The notes under the pieces: generated by a model
Database searches by the model: none
What the model saw: only the letters and a program-made list of their open reading frames with translations
What the model was told of the DNA's origin: nothing
Part shown: positions 42,776 to 57,783 of the stretch, piece after piece
How the letters are laid out: the number at the start of each line of letters is the position of its first letter
Position numbering within the stretch: position 1 is the stretch's first letter
DNA from: the human T2T-CHM13v2.0 reference genome, Homo sapiens
Reading direction: 5' to 3' (one strand)
Length of the DNA stretch: 64,000 bases
NCBI RefSeq assembly: GCF_009914755.1
Contig: NC_060927.1
Translations under genes and position numbers: made by a program

Positions 42776-45082
42776 CTTAATTAAACAGTTGTCTTTTTCC
42801 CTTCCTGTCTTGTTTGAATATGTAAGTACTTGTGTTAGTCACCTAAAGGATTATTTAAAATTTAAATATTTAATAAAAAATGCAGTATTAATGTTTTTGG
42901 ATAAAATACTAGGAAAAAAATGTACTTGCTTAGCTAGTTTGTACTATTGGGAGTATTCGAAAGGCAAGGGAGTACTGCCTAAAATCCAGCTGAAACGACT
43001 ACTAGAGTTGGTGAAGTTTTATAAGGGGAGGTCTTTTATTGCTCAGAGTTGGGTGGTGGGTGGCAAGAGTAGGAGAACATTTGGATATTAATGTGTCCCT
43101 TAGAAATTGAAGTATATTCATGTACTTCCCTTTCTGTACTGTGATTTTTATATGTATGTATTAAATTGGGCTTTTAATTATTTTGAGTTGGAAAAAACAG
43201 TGTAATTTGAAGACATTTTACATCACCACTTGGGTTTGCAAATTATGTATTGCTATCCTGTATATACTGTTGTATCCTCTTAGTTTTATTCTGGTAGTTG
43301 TGTTAGGTGGCTTGTCTGCTGCGAGATTTTTAACCACAAATCTAAATCTCATTATTCGAAGTGGTGTTTCACTGGACCCTAAACATCTCTTCTCTTAGCT
43401 TTTCTATGGCTAGCTGAAGTGGGACACTAAACATTCTGACATCTGTTTTCGACACATTACCAGGTTTCAGAATTGGCAAAGAGAAATTATTTCTTAACTG
43501 CTCACCCACCATTATATATGCTTTCCACCCATATGTTTACCACCTTCCTCTTTAGTAAATTTAATATGTTATTTAATAAATTTCTAAACCTAAGTCACCC
43601 CAGCCTATTTTGAGATGTTTTGATAATTATTTTCAGGTGAAATTTTAGAAACAGTTTTGAAAAAGGTGGGAATAGCTGGTAAGGTCTCTTTATTATTTAT
43701 TTATTTATTCATTTATTCAATTCTTTTTTTTTCTTTTCACCAAATAGATTTTAGGTAAACCAAGGCTTTGAATAGAACAGAAAAGTGTATGTATGTTTGT
43801 ACATGTGAACTAATTCGCCAAATTCGATGTATTTTTTTCTACCGAATCTAAAATTCTATTGAAGAGCTTTTTTTAAAAAAAAAAAATAATAAATAACTGA
43901 ACTTGTTCAGACAAGAAAGAAATTTAAGGAACCTGGAATTGTTGAACCAGGATAAACATAGAACATCTTTTAGGGTTTCGTCATTGTTGTTGGTTTTCCA
44001 TTCTAGTCCTCAGCAATTTAAAATTTTAAATTCACACCTCTTCAGTTGTATTTAAATCCGCAGTTGGGCAACCTTTTGGGAAGAAAGAAATATTAATGGA
44101 ATTATTTTAGTTTTTTATTTTTATTAAGATTTGGGGTGGTAGGTAGAGGTAGAAGAAAGAGATGACTGACTCTATTCTAGCCTGACATTCTTTTTGTTTG
44201 TGTGCATAAACATGCTGATAGTAATATTCCAAGTTACTCAAATCAGGGAATATATTAAATTTTTGTGATTGATACAGAGCTTTTAAATGCCTTAGCTTAC
44301 CAAAAATTAGCTCCTGTGTTTAAACTTTAGTTGGCTACTTCTAAAGTATTTTTCATATTTGACAGAAATAAATTTAAATAAGTGATAATAATTTAGAATG
44401 TTTATCCATTAGTAAATATCCTCAAGAAATAACATTTTTATGCCAGTTTATCTCCCAGTTGTTTCAAAGTTTGAAGATTGTTGGTTATAAATACTAAAAG
44501 ATTTGGAAGGTGCTATTGTATTTTTCACTTTTTAATTGTGTGATATTTGGCCCAAAAATAGTGGTGTCTTCACTAAGTTAAAGTATGTATGCAGACAGCA
44601 TGGCTGTCAGTGTCCCCAGCTATTTATGTGGCCACATATTGAGAATTTTATTTGTAATTTCAGTATCAATGCTAATGGTGGTATCCATAGTAGCTACGTA
44701 TTTTCTACCAATAGCAAGATGTTCAGAATATATGTAACCTTTGTCGTAGAAGACAGAAACATCTTTCTGCATATCTGCCTGGTGATAAAGAAGGTATATT
44801 TTCCCTAGTCCTACACAGTATCGGAAGGGGAACAAGGAGGGAAAAGAGTTGCAGTGTCTGGCTGATAACACTCCTGTTTACAGTGATGCTAACCGTTGGT
44901 CTTCAGAAAATTTCTGCGTTTATTTGCAGTAGCTGTTTTTATTTTGGATAGTACTTAGTCCAGAAAATGTTGCTAAATGTATTTTTCTAGAGTAGTCATA
45001 ACTACTTTTGTTTCAAGAAATAAGAGGTATCAACTCTTCAAAAAGCATAATATATTATGGTTTCTTTACAAGTTCTGTTTCT

Positions 45083-45378
45083 CCTGAGCACAGTGGCTCA
45101 TGCCTGTAATCCCAGCACTTTGGAAGGCCAAGGTGGACAGATTGCTTGAGCTCAGGAGTTTGAGTCCAGCCTGGGCAACATGGCAAAACCTCATCTCTGC
45201 AAAAAACACAAAAATTAGCCGGGTGTGATGGTGCATGCCTGTAATCCCAGCTACTTGGGAGGCTGAGGCACAAGAATTGCTTGAACCCACGAGGTAGAGG
45301 TTGCAGGGAGCCGAGATTGCACCACTGCGCTCCAGGGCCACAGAGCGAGACTCTGTCTCAAATAAATGTATAAATAAA
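45083..45378 (+). mobile_element. Alu (J/early S)
   Basis: Dimeric Alu. Confidence 0.93.
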
Positions 45379-45410
45379 TGTTCCATTTCTTTTATGTTAG
45401 CTATTATTAA

Positions 45411-45730
<320 letters not shown>

Positions 45731-46071
45731 CAAATATTCAGCTTTCTGTTAACAAAGCATGCAGTTCCTTATTATACATATATTTGAGTATTATGTAACT
45801 GGCTTCCACTTCCTTTGATTTTCCGTTTTTAGAGGGAGCTCTACCTTTAATTTCAATATCTTTTTCCTTTGCCTTCTTTCTAAGCTGTTTCTACTCCTTT
45901 GAAAGGATCAAGTGTATAAATCATTTGAGAGTAAACATGTTAAAAATACCAATAGCCTGTCTTCTTAGAGCTGTTTTTCAAAGGTGTATTAATGAAATTC
46001 TTTAAGCTGTGTATTTGGTGTTTCTTCTACCAATAGGTGCATTTGCTATAATGCATAACATACCAAACACT

Positions 46072-46156
46072 TTATATATGTGTATATACATGTACTTATG
46101 CTTATATATGTATGTGTATATATGTACATATGCTTATATATGTATACATATATATA
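46072..46156. repeat. (TA/TATG)n degenerate microsatellite
   Basis: Directly visible. Confidence 0.8.
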
Positions 46157-46184
46157 GTTTCTGGCATAGCTAATTGTGTCTTAA

Positions 46185-46564
<380 letters not shown>

Positions 46565-47629
46565 TTTTTATATGTTAATTTTTTGGAACATACTGTCTTC
46601 CTAGCAGTTTTATTTTATTTAGGTACATTTGTACTAATTTTTAAAGTAAATTTATCTTTGATATTTTAAAGCTTATTTTTTCAATATATATAACCTGTGG
46701 AATGACTCTGTGTAATTTATTGGAGGACATAAAGGGTTGCCCTGTTTCCCCCCTTTCTCCATTTAAAACTAAGTATTTCTGACCAAGCATTGGTTTATCA
46801 TGGCTAGGATTTCTCCAAACAATGTAGTGAACTTTTTTGAACAGCAGGTTGAAAATCTGGCTATATTAGTGGGTAGTCTTATAGAATTTTCAGAATCTTT
46901 TAAGGAAATGTGGTTTAAACCTGAAAACAAAATTTTCTATCAAACTAAGATAAGCACATTCATTAAAAAACCAAGTTCCTTTAGGAACTCTTTTAGACCT
47001 GTTTGATTTAGCATATCCATTTTCAAGTAATTACTTGGAAATTATAAATCATCTACCTTCTTCCCCTTTCACTGTTTTTTTATTTTAATATAGTTTCACC
47101 TTCTCACAAAAGGAAATGATAAATAACTGTAGGGAATATTTGGGATTTGGTTTTGGTAGCAGTCTTGCCAGAGATTCAAGATTATGATTGATAATATTAT
47201 ACAGTTTTCTCATTAAATATTCATTTTTAGGAAGAATTCTAATTTTAAATTTTGAAGGGTATCTGGTTAATCTGAACGCTGTTCATCTGTAACTACTTTA
47301 GTTACCCAATTTCATTTCAGGTTGTTAATAAGGATGTCCTACATGTTGGAATTTAATGACTTAAACTCTTGAAATATGACCCTGTACTTGGTAACAACTA
47401 ATTTTGAAAATATATGCTTAGGAAAATTTTGATATATAACTTTTGTATCTTTTAAAACGTATACAGCTCTAAAGTCCTGATTTAACCATATATTTGTGTA
47501 ATGTATACACCCTTAAAATTTTTTTTTGTAAGTTTCGTAGTAAAATAACTGCTTCATATGACTGGTTTAATTGTATCTTCCAAAAAGACTTTCCAAGCAT
47601 TTACCGTAACAAGGCTTTTTTTGTTGGCA

Positions 47630-47693
47630 GGCCCTTTAACAAAGGGTCAAGCAGTCGGCCCTTTAACAAAAGGTCAAGCAGTCGGCCCTTTAA
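47630..47693. repeat. 27-bp tandem repeat, ~2.4 copies
   Basis: GGCCCTTTAACAAA(G/A)GGTCAAGCAGTC twice, then GGCCCTTTAA. Confidence 0.92.
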
Positions 47694-48804
47694 ATGACCT
47701 TAAATTAAAGCCTTGCAGACAAGCAGATTTACCAGCATTATAGATAAGTATTTCAGGAAGTATTTACTTTACTAAATATGACTGTATATTTGTCCTATAA
47801 AAAGTAAATCTTCAAAAGATTTTAAAAATTACAGTATTTTGGTTGATAGGAGATAAGAATTTTATTAAAACTTTCTTAAAACATTTGGTAATACATTAAT
47901 GAAATGACCACAACTTTAAACGACCACTTATCCTCATAAATATGGATTTTTGCCTTCACCAGGTGATTACATTATAAAGCTGTGCTTTCACAGAAGACAA
48001 AATAAAGTTGTATGATTTATATTGAAGTCAAATGTGTTGTGAGATTACATTTGGAAAGATTATATTGGAAAAATTCTAATAGTTTTTCAGACTACGTGAG
48101 AGACTTAAGTGACCATGTGTAATAGAAAAGTTCCACTGAAAGTTAAAATCTGTAACAGCATGACCCAGCCTGTACATTTGGGTCAAGTATCTTTTGAGAT
48201 AGCTGCAGAGTTTCCTTTACAATGCTGTCTTTCAGTTTTCTATAGCTTTATGCGTATTGATCATCCTCAGTAAGGGCCCTTTTCTTTCCCCCATCCCTTC
48301 CACCCCTTTATAGTGTTTTATTTAGGGGATTAATTTAGGCAAAACTATGCCCACAAATCTATGGGTTTCCTTTCCTATGGGTTACTGGCAACTAAAAATA
48401 TAAATGTACATTCTTATCAGACAGAAAATGTTATTAATGATATTATTCAGTGATTAACATAGATGCCCAATTGAAAGCTTTCTGGTAAAATTTAATAAAT
48501 TTAACAGGATATTTTTAATGAAGTGATTTTTGCCATTATTAAATCTTCCTACCTCCAGTTTTCTTCCGTGCCCATATACAGGTGAGCAATAGGGACCACT
48601 GCTGCATAGGATACATTGTTATTCGGTTACATAAAGCACATAATAAAATTTAATTCTTGCCATTATGTTGTCTATTTTCAAAATTGGGGGTAGTAGAGAC
48701 AGATGAAGATTTAGATATAGAAACGGAATTCTGTCTTAAGCACTTAAATGATCGGTATGGATTGTTACTGATCCAGCCACCCATGCTATAAGTCTAGAAA
48801 CTCA

Positions 48805-49186
<382 letters not shown>

Positions 49187-51269
49187 CTACAAAGCTGTCT
49201 GTATCAGGTTATGGTGTTAAATCATAATTTCTGGATCATGATCTTAAACCTTTAATTGGTTCCATTTCTACTTTACTCTTTACTAACAAGTATCCTGATG
49301 GCCTGAAAATCCATGTTGAAATTTGAAGTTTGAATTTTCCAGATCAAATATGAAATTTATTTTCATTTTTTAAAAGTACAAAATATCAGTTGTATAATCA
49401 TGGTAAAACATAAAATTTTGCTATAAAAGATTTTTAAAGGCTATTTGATTAAAACATTTATTTACTTAAACTCTTTGCTAGAATTTTTTTTAGAATTCAG
49501 CATCGGAGGAGGAATGTGACATAATAATGATCGAAAGCCGAAAGTTTAAAAGTTGTGATGCCCTCACATGGTTGGAGGGTTATTCTAGCTTCTAAGGACT
49601 GAATGTTGTCCACAAGAGTGTCATCAGGTCATAAATTGGTAAGACTTAATGGCTTAGATTTTATGTATTATACCTGATGTTATTGTATTGAGATGAATAT
49701 TTATGAACAAAATGAGCACATTGTGTAAGAGTATAGTATTAAATATAAGTTAAAACTTGGAATTTTAAATACTTGGAGTATGTAAGCCTTTCGAAGTCTC
49801 TTGAGGCTGAAGGCCGTATCTTTGCAGTGGTGTTTAGTAAATACATCAGTTTAAAAAAAGAAAGTGAAATCCTGTATTATAGTAAGATTATTAAAATATT
49901 GCTATTGCATCTGCTGTAGATGCCTACAATATAGTGAAGAACCCAAATACTTTTTAGGTGTTATACCAGGAGATATTTGAGAAATAATATATTCATCTTT
50001 TCTTTAAAAAAAATCCATTTTCTTAATAACATACAGCTTAATTTTATTGCTTTGGAGATTTTATTTCTTAATAAAAGACATGTTTCCTCTAAATGTCTAA
50101 AATAAAGCCAAGAAAATTTTTTCAATTCTTACATTGAGAATACCTAAGATGCCAATATCATATGAAAATGATATATTAGAAGTCATTGCACATTTTTTAT
50201 ATTCCCCGAAAATTAATTTTCTCTCAGTATTCTGCTTAGAAAAAAACTACTTTGTTTTGTGCAGTTTCTTATTTTGCTTTGTTTTACACAGCTGTATTTT
50301 GTAGGGGGACCATTGGAAGGATAGAGTTTAGCTCAGGATAAGACCTTATATCTTTTAATCTCAAGATTATAGTATTTTGCAGATGAAGAAAAGGAGTCTG
50401 GATTATTTGTCCAAGGTGATATAATTGTAGAATTCATATTTTCATTAAAGTGTGGTATGCATATCCTGCATGTCAGTCAAGAATTATTTGAAATTATTTA
50501 TTTTCCAAAAAAGCCAGAAGGCATGGGTTGATATCAGCTAAACAGGCCACTATATATATTCCAACTTTATCCTTAACCAGAGATATGTTATTTTATCCTT
50601 TGCCCATTCTGCCTTTTGAATAATATTCTAAATTGTTTCTGATATAGTATTCCATGACTTCATTACATTCTGTAAGCTTAAGTCCCTTAAGCCAGTAATT
50701 GCAATCAATAGTAGTCTGGAAGGAAATACAACAAACTAATTAAGTTATCTCTTATTCCGTATACTTTTCTATTTTCTTTATTTTCTATAATCTACATAAC
50801 TTTGATAATCAGGAAAATAACTTCTAATTTCTCTAGTATAGGATATCCATATGTAGTAGTCAGTGGCTGGGGTTCAGGAGATCATGAACCATGTGAGATT
50901 TTGGGTAGAATTTTTTTATGTTCACTTTTCTGTGAAAGGTTCAGAGCATTTGTCAGATTTTTTTTTCAGAGCATTTGTCAGATTTTCATCTGTCAAAAAC
51001 AGTTAAGAAACATTGCTAGTGAATGTTTTGTGTCAAAAGGACAATCCTTGTTAGACACCTAAGTATGAGTCGTGAAAGAAATTTCTAATGAGAACATTGG
51101 TCATATGACTTCTACTGATGTTTATTCAATGCTGGGTTACTATAAATGCCCATTAGACTGATGGGACAAATCAGAGCCAAGCCACATTTAGTTTAGGAAT
51201 TTCGTACTGTCAGTCTCTGTGCTCAAAGGTCAATTGGATTTTTCTGCAGAGTAGTCGTGTTTTGGCTAT

Positions 51270-51470
51270 TGAGTGTCAGGCACTGTGCTGAATATTTTTG
51301 GCACATTATCTCATTTAATTTTCACAAAGTCATATATTAATAGATATTATCAATATCCTCAGTTTACAGAGAAGAAAATTGAAAGCTTAGGGAAGTTAAG
51401 TAACTTGCTCAAGTCGCATAGCCATTGAGTGGTGGAGCTAGAATTCAAATCTTATTACTGACTGGAACCT
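51270..51470 (-). mobile_element. MIR SINE
   Basis: 'tgtcaggcactgtgct...attatctcatttaat...tttacagagaagaaaattga...gttaagtaacttgctcaag'. Confidence 0.75.
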
Positions 51471-52764
51471 GGGTATCAGTATGCTGGTATCCTCTGAAAA
51501 TTTGAAGGATAAGATAAAGGAGAATTTTACATTGTATGAAGATGTGAATTCATAAATTTGATTTATCTTGAACTTAAGTAGCAATGGGTCATCCTCCATT
51601 ACAAAACTATCTTTTATTATTTGCCAAAAAATAAATGTTGGAGGTTGCTTACTATCTAAAAGTTAAGTATTAATTGCATTAAAAAATAAATTCTTTTTCA
51701 GGTTTAATACTTATGAATATAAGCAAATATATGTGTATTTTTTTTTTTAGAAAAGTCTTAGTACTTATTAGAATAGTATTATTAAGGAACTCACCCTTTA
51801 ATATTTAGGATTTATAAACAGCAAACACTAGGAAGCATTAATTTAAAAAGCAGCTTTGAACTGCAGATATTTCTTGGGATAGTGGGATATATTGCATGTA
51901 AAACCCTTATTAAATGCTATGTGAGAGTTTTCCATTTGCCTTTAGTTGCGAATAATTCTACTGAGAAACCTCCTTTTTTGCCCACTTTTAAAGCATTTAT
52001 CAGGCAAAATTAATTTTTTGGGATACATGAAGTTTTTTGGTTTTGTTTTCCTTTGTACTTTGTCATATCCTTTTTGTTGGTTTAATTTTACTCTCCAATG
52101 AGCTCCACATCTTATAACCTTTTCCCTGTTTTTAAGTATTAATAATAAAAGGTTGAATCTGCAATAATAGTACTGCTTAAAACCATAAGAATTTGTTTGC
52201 TCCTGAGTGATGTTGAAATAGTCTGCAGAGCTAGTATAAACTGTTTCTTTAGCACCACGATTAAAAATGCACAAACAACGTGATAGGTCATCAGAATATG
52301 AGAATTCTATCTAAAAGTCTTTTTATATATATATTAAAAAATATATATATAATACATATAAACATATAAAATACATTTGTACCCCAGCTTCTGTAGTAGT
52401 AGTATGTTTGCCTTTTCAAAATTCAAACTGGGAAGTTTGGAAAATAGAATAAGAATAATCATACTTAATCCAAGTTTTTAACACAATTACCATCTTAGTG
52501 TTTGCATATTCCCAGACTTGGAATACATATATATTAATAGTTGCAATCATGGTAGATAAGTAGATTTTCAATAGTTTTTAAACTGTGTAGTTAAAACTAA
52601 AGCTAATACTGATATGTGATACGTTTTTAATTTTGAACTGATATTTGATATTTTGACATCTGTGATAGCATTCCCTCCTGTTTTTCCTTCTACCTTGCTG
52701 GTTGTTGCTTCTCAGACCATTTGGCAGGCTTTCCCTTCTGTCTGCTCTTTTAAATATTATTGGA

Positions 52765-53062
52765 GGCCGGGCATGGTGGCTCATGTCTATAATCCCAGCA
52801 CTTTAGGAGGCTGAGGTGGGCAGATGACTTGAGCCCAGGAGTTCAAGACCAGCCTGGACAACATAGGGAGACCCCGTCTCTACATAAATAATTTGCTGGG
52901 TGTGGTGGTGCACACCTGTGGTCTCAGCTACTTGGGAGGCTGAGGTGGAAGGATTGCTTGGGCCTGAGAGGTCAAGGGTGCAGTGAGCCATGATCGCACC
53001 ACTCCACTCCAGCCTGGGCAACAGAGTGAGACTCAGTCTCAATCAATCAATCAGTCAATAAA
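52765..53062 (+). mobile_element. AluJ with (AATC)n tail
   Basis: Dimeric Alu, J-type 'cttgagcccaggagttcaagacc'. Confidence 0.92.
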
Positions 53063-53099
53063 TAGAGTCATCAGAATGCTGTCTTCTTACATTCTTCAT

Positions 53100-53655
53100 C
53101 GTGGTAAGAGCTTATAGATGGCTTCCATGCACATATCATCTTTATGCTATAGGAAGTCACCTGTATGCTCTAAGGTGCTCAAACCCATTACTTCCAGCCT
53201 AGGCATCTCTCCTTACATTCAAACTTACCTGATCTCTCATAGCTGGTTAATCACAAAGTACTGCCACATCTGCCTCCTGAGTGTTTTGCCAGCCTATCCA
53301 TCTCTTGTCCTCATTCAGTGTACTATCCTTTCTTATGTGAAAATGCAACAACCTTCTGACTAGTCCTTGTCGTTTAAGTTTTCTAATGTGGCCAACTGCA
53401 CCTACTGTTCTTTTTACTTGGAACATTTTTTTGTACCTATCTTTTTTTTCTCCACCCAACTGTGGCATTTCCTCTACTAATTCTTTCCTGATCCAAGAGC
53501 TTATGTGCCCCCAGAACACCCTCTAAAATCTTGCTCTGTCTTAGCACTTATCACACTTAACATCTTATATATCTCCTGCACTAATTGTAAACTCACAAAC
53601 TCTGGAATTATGTTTATTTGACGTTGTATCCCCAGGGTCTGAGAAATGTTTAAGT
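53100..53655 (+). mobile_element. Degenerate L2
   Basis: 'tagcacttatcacact...actaattgtaaactc...ttgtatccccagggtct'. Confidence 0.55.
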
Positions 53656-53968
53656 TCATTACAACCCCTTTGGAATGTGGCATCACAAAATTTGGTGTCT
53701 GAAAATAATGTTAGAGATTATTGTATACAATTAGAGACAAGACTCAAATGTAGAAACCACATTACCTAACTCCTAAGTCAGTGTTTCTTGTGTATTTCAT
53801 GACATTTAGATTTTGACCACTATAAATTATTACGGCAAGTTATTAGGTAACATAGTAAGTGTTTACCATATGCCAGATACTAATGCATTATCTCACTGAA
53901 TCTCAGTACCCGGTCCTATTATTGTCCTTTGGGGAGGCTAAATATTAGCTTGTCTAAAGTCATATCTC

Positions 53969-54236
53969 GGTTTTGGTGCAGTGGCTCAAGCCTGTAATCC
54001 CAGCACTTTGAGAGTCCAAGGCAGGAGGATTGCTTCAGGCCAGGAGTTTAGGAGCAGCTTGAGTAACCCTGTCTCTACCTGCAAAAAAGAAAAATTAGCT
54101 AGACATGATGGCACATGCCTGTAATCCCACTGAGGCAGAAGGATCACTTGAGCCCAGGAGTTTAAGGCAGCAGAGAGCTATGATGGCGCCATTGCATTCC
54201 AACCTGGAAGACAGCAAGACTATGTGTTATAAAATA
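53969..54236 (+). mobile_element. Degenerate AluJ inserted in a MIR
   Basis: Alu arms with deletions; MIR-like flanks. Confidence 0.85.
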
Positions 54237-56460
54237 AGGTGAGAGATGGGATTCAAACCTGGGTATAACTCCAAAACCAATGCCCTTTTATTTAATATCA
54301 CATCTCAGAATTTATCTTCTGAGTTTTGAATTATAAAACTGAGTTAGAAGGGAATTTAATGGTCATTTATTCTAACCACCTATCCTATACTTGGATCATG
54401 TCTACAGTGTTCCTTTCAAGTTGTCATCCAGCCTCTGAATACCTCCAGTGATGTCTTACTTTTGCATCCTGGTCTCTTTTTGTATTTATAAACCTCTCAT
54501 AAACCCTTTCTGTAAAATAGGGAATCTTAAAATGTGAAGCAGAAAAATCAGATGATTGCCATCACTTGAAGCATATATAAGCAGCACTAAAAAGTCTGTG
54601 GAGACATTGAACTGGGTACATCCTCTAGATATTTCTGTATTTTCATAGCTGCTATAATCAAGAATGTGGTTTCCAGTTCATGGCCGTAAGTCACTGGTTT
54701 TAGTACATAGTCATAAAGTTCTTTTTCAAAAATGGATAAGGAGACATTGCTTAATAACTTAGAGATCACAAGGACGTTTCTCTACTTATTGATTCTAGTG
54801 ATGATACAAGGACTTCATGGGAAACCTTTATATGTGACCTGATCCTCAATGTAAAAAGAGTGAAATAAATGTGAATGACTTCAGACTCCTGGATCTAGTT
54901 TACATATAACTTGCACTTATTCATGAGTCATGCTTAAAGGCATGGTAGTTTGAATTGTCTTTTTTATCTGACCAAAAGCATTTAGGATTTTTAATTCACC
55001 CTTTAGACTTAATTTTGATTCAATAGAGAGTGAGATTAGTCAGCTGAGAGAACACATAGATACTTATGAGGCATGATTATACAATCAAGCTTTTCACCAG
55101 ATTTACAAATGGTTTCTCCTTAAATCCATGATTCTAATGTAAAAAAGTCTCTGTCAAGGTTTTTATCTTAAGATCATTAAGTTTTTAACATCCACTTTAT
55201 TATCCATGAAGTCTTCTATGATTTAGTCATCACCATGATCAGTATATGGAGTTACCAAGTTTCACTGGCCATGGCAGCAGTAACCTGGAAATTCATAGAG
55301 CCTAGCCCTTTTCTGTTACTCAAACTTGAACCCGTTTTTCTATTTACATCAGTTGCCTATATTACATAGAAACTGGCGCACTTTCCTTCTTTCTCAGTAG
55401 GTAACAACCAGATGCAAGGAACATCAAAAACCTACCTTTATTGGGGAGAAAAAAATTCTCGAGGTCTGCCCATATTTTACTGTGTTCCAGCGATACCCTT
55501 AATTAGTTTCTAATAGTTTAAATAGTTGGTTAATTTCTTAGATCTTTGTCCTGGCATGATGAGCTCAATATAACATCTGTTTATACCAAACTTATAAAAT
55601 ATAATTAGATAATATATTGTAAGTTGTATTCTGTCTTTTTCTTCAAGTAATATGTTTACTATCAATTATATGCAGAGTAGTGTTGTAATAAGTAGACCCT
55701 GGAGATGGACAGTTTCTGCTTTTAAGGTTTAATTCAAGAGAAAGGAACATTTGATAAAGACAAAAAAATTATGGACGAATCAGAGAAGTGGAGCCTGTTG
55801 GCAAGAAAGGAAGAAGGCTAAGGAAAATGTAGGTGGAGCATTCCATCTCAAGTGACAGTCTTATCTCTGGAATCTAAATCGATTTAACAAATTTCAGGTC
55901 ATGATGTAAGTGTAGAATTCATCATAAAAGATTTCACACAAACTATTGTAAAATTCTGTCATTCACCATGTCTAAATTATTAGAATTATTACCTAAAAGA
56001 ATTCAAGGACATGAATCTAGACTGAAATGATAAAAACTTAGATGTTAAACTTTTTGTCTCTGAAAATGTGCCTACTTGAGTGCAGTTTTGCTTGAGTGAA
56101 AAAAACCTAATGACCCTTTAGATTTTATAGTAGTGCTATTTTTTACTTTATGTCAGAATCCCTTTGAATAAGGTAATTCTAAAGCAGTGATTCTCAGCTA
56201 GGGTAATTGTTTAAAAGCAAACAACACGTTATACCACTTTTCTTATTTGCTTTTAGTAATATTTATTGTTGAATTTTCATATAACACTACTAAAGGAAGA
56301 CCTGGGATATTTTTAAATAATCTTTTTGGAAATTTTTATTTGAATTAAATTAGTTATATTTCAGTGGGCTTTGGAAAAATTTCCCACAGTAAGTTAAGAT
56401 TATTTTACTCTAAATAATGAAACATCGAGATCCCAAAGAAGATCCGTAAGAATGTTATTA

Positions 56461-56635
<175 letters not shown>

Positions 56636-57097
56636 GCCTTGTAAATGTAAATCTCAAGTCAAACAATTTTTATTAACATATACTTTGTGGCTGCATTAAA
56701 TCTTTAACATTTAATTGAATACAAAAAATCAATTAAGGAATAACTAGGATTTTATTTTGGGTGAAACATAAATATAAAACCTGTTTCTTAATACTAATCA
56801 TAATTGATTTTTATTCGTGTTTCACTGCCTTGGGAGATTAACTCTTATTTAATTTTCCCAAGATACACTGGGAAAGTAGACCTTATAAAGTGTCAAAGTC
56901 CAAATTGATCCAAATGATAAAAGGAACTAATTGGGTTGTTGTGTGTACTGTTGTAAACAGTCTCACATAATCCTTATAGCCGTCCTTTAAGATATGTACA
57001 ACTGTATCCCATTTTATAGTTGAGGAAACTAGTTTCAGTATGTTAACTTGCTAGGATCACCCCACTAGTAAGTGGTTGGAGTTTGGATTAAAAGTCA

Positions 57098-57485
<388 letters not shown>

Positions 57486-57640
57486 TTACCCCTCAGAATG
57501 TCTGACCCCAGAATGAAGTGGAGAAGAAAAAATACTTTAGACAAGAGATAATAAACTGAAACGTAGACAACTTTAATTCTTCAGGGCCTGTATTTAGAGT
57601 GTTGCCTTTATATTTGTTGAAAGTGAAAAATGTAATCCTT

Positions 57641-57783
57641 GGCTGGGTACGGTGGCACACGCCTATAATCCCAACATTTTGGGAGGCCAAGGCAGGAGGA
57701 TCACTTGAGCCCAGGAGTTTGAAACCAGCATGGGCAACAGAGTGAGATCTGTCTTTACAAACAAGTCAAAACATTTTTAAAAA
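57641..57783 (+). mobile_element. FLAM-like Alu left monomer
   Basis: Left arm only, flanked by the degenerate repeat gaaaaatgtaatcctt / gaaagatgtaattctt. Confidence 0.85.

Noticed and set aside
50942-50987. Duplicated 'tcagagcatttgtcagatttt'
   Set aside because: Small slippage duplication, probably within an old DNA-transposon relic; no functional cue.
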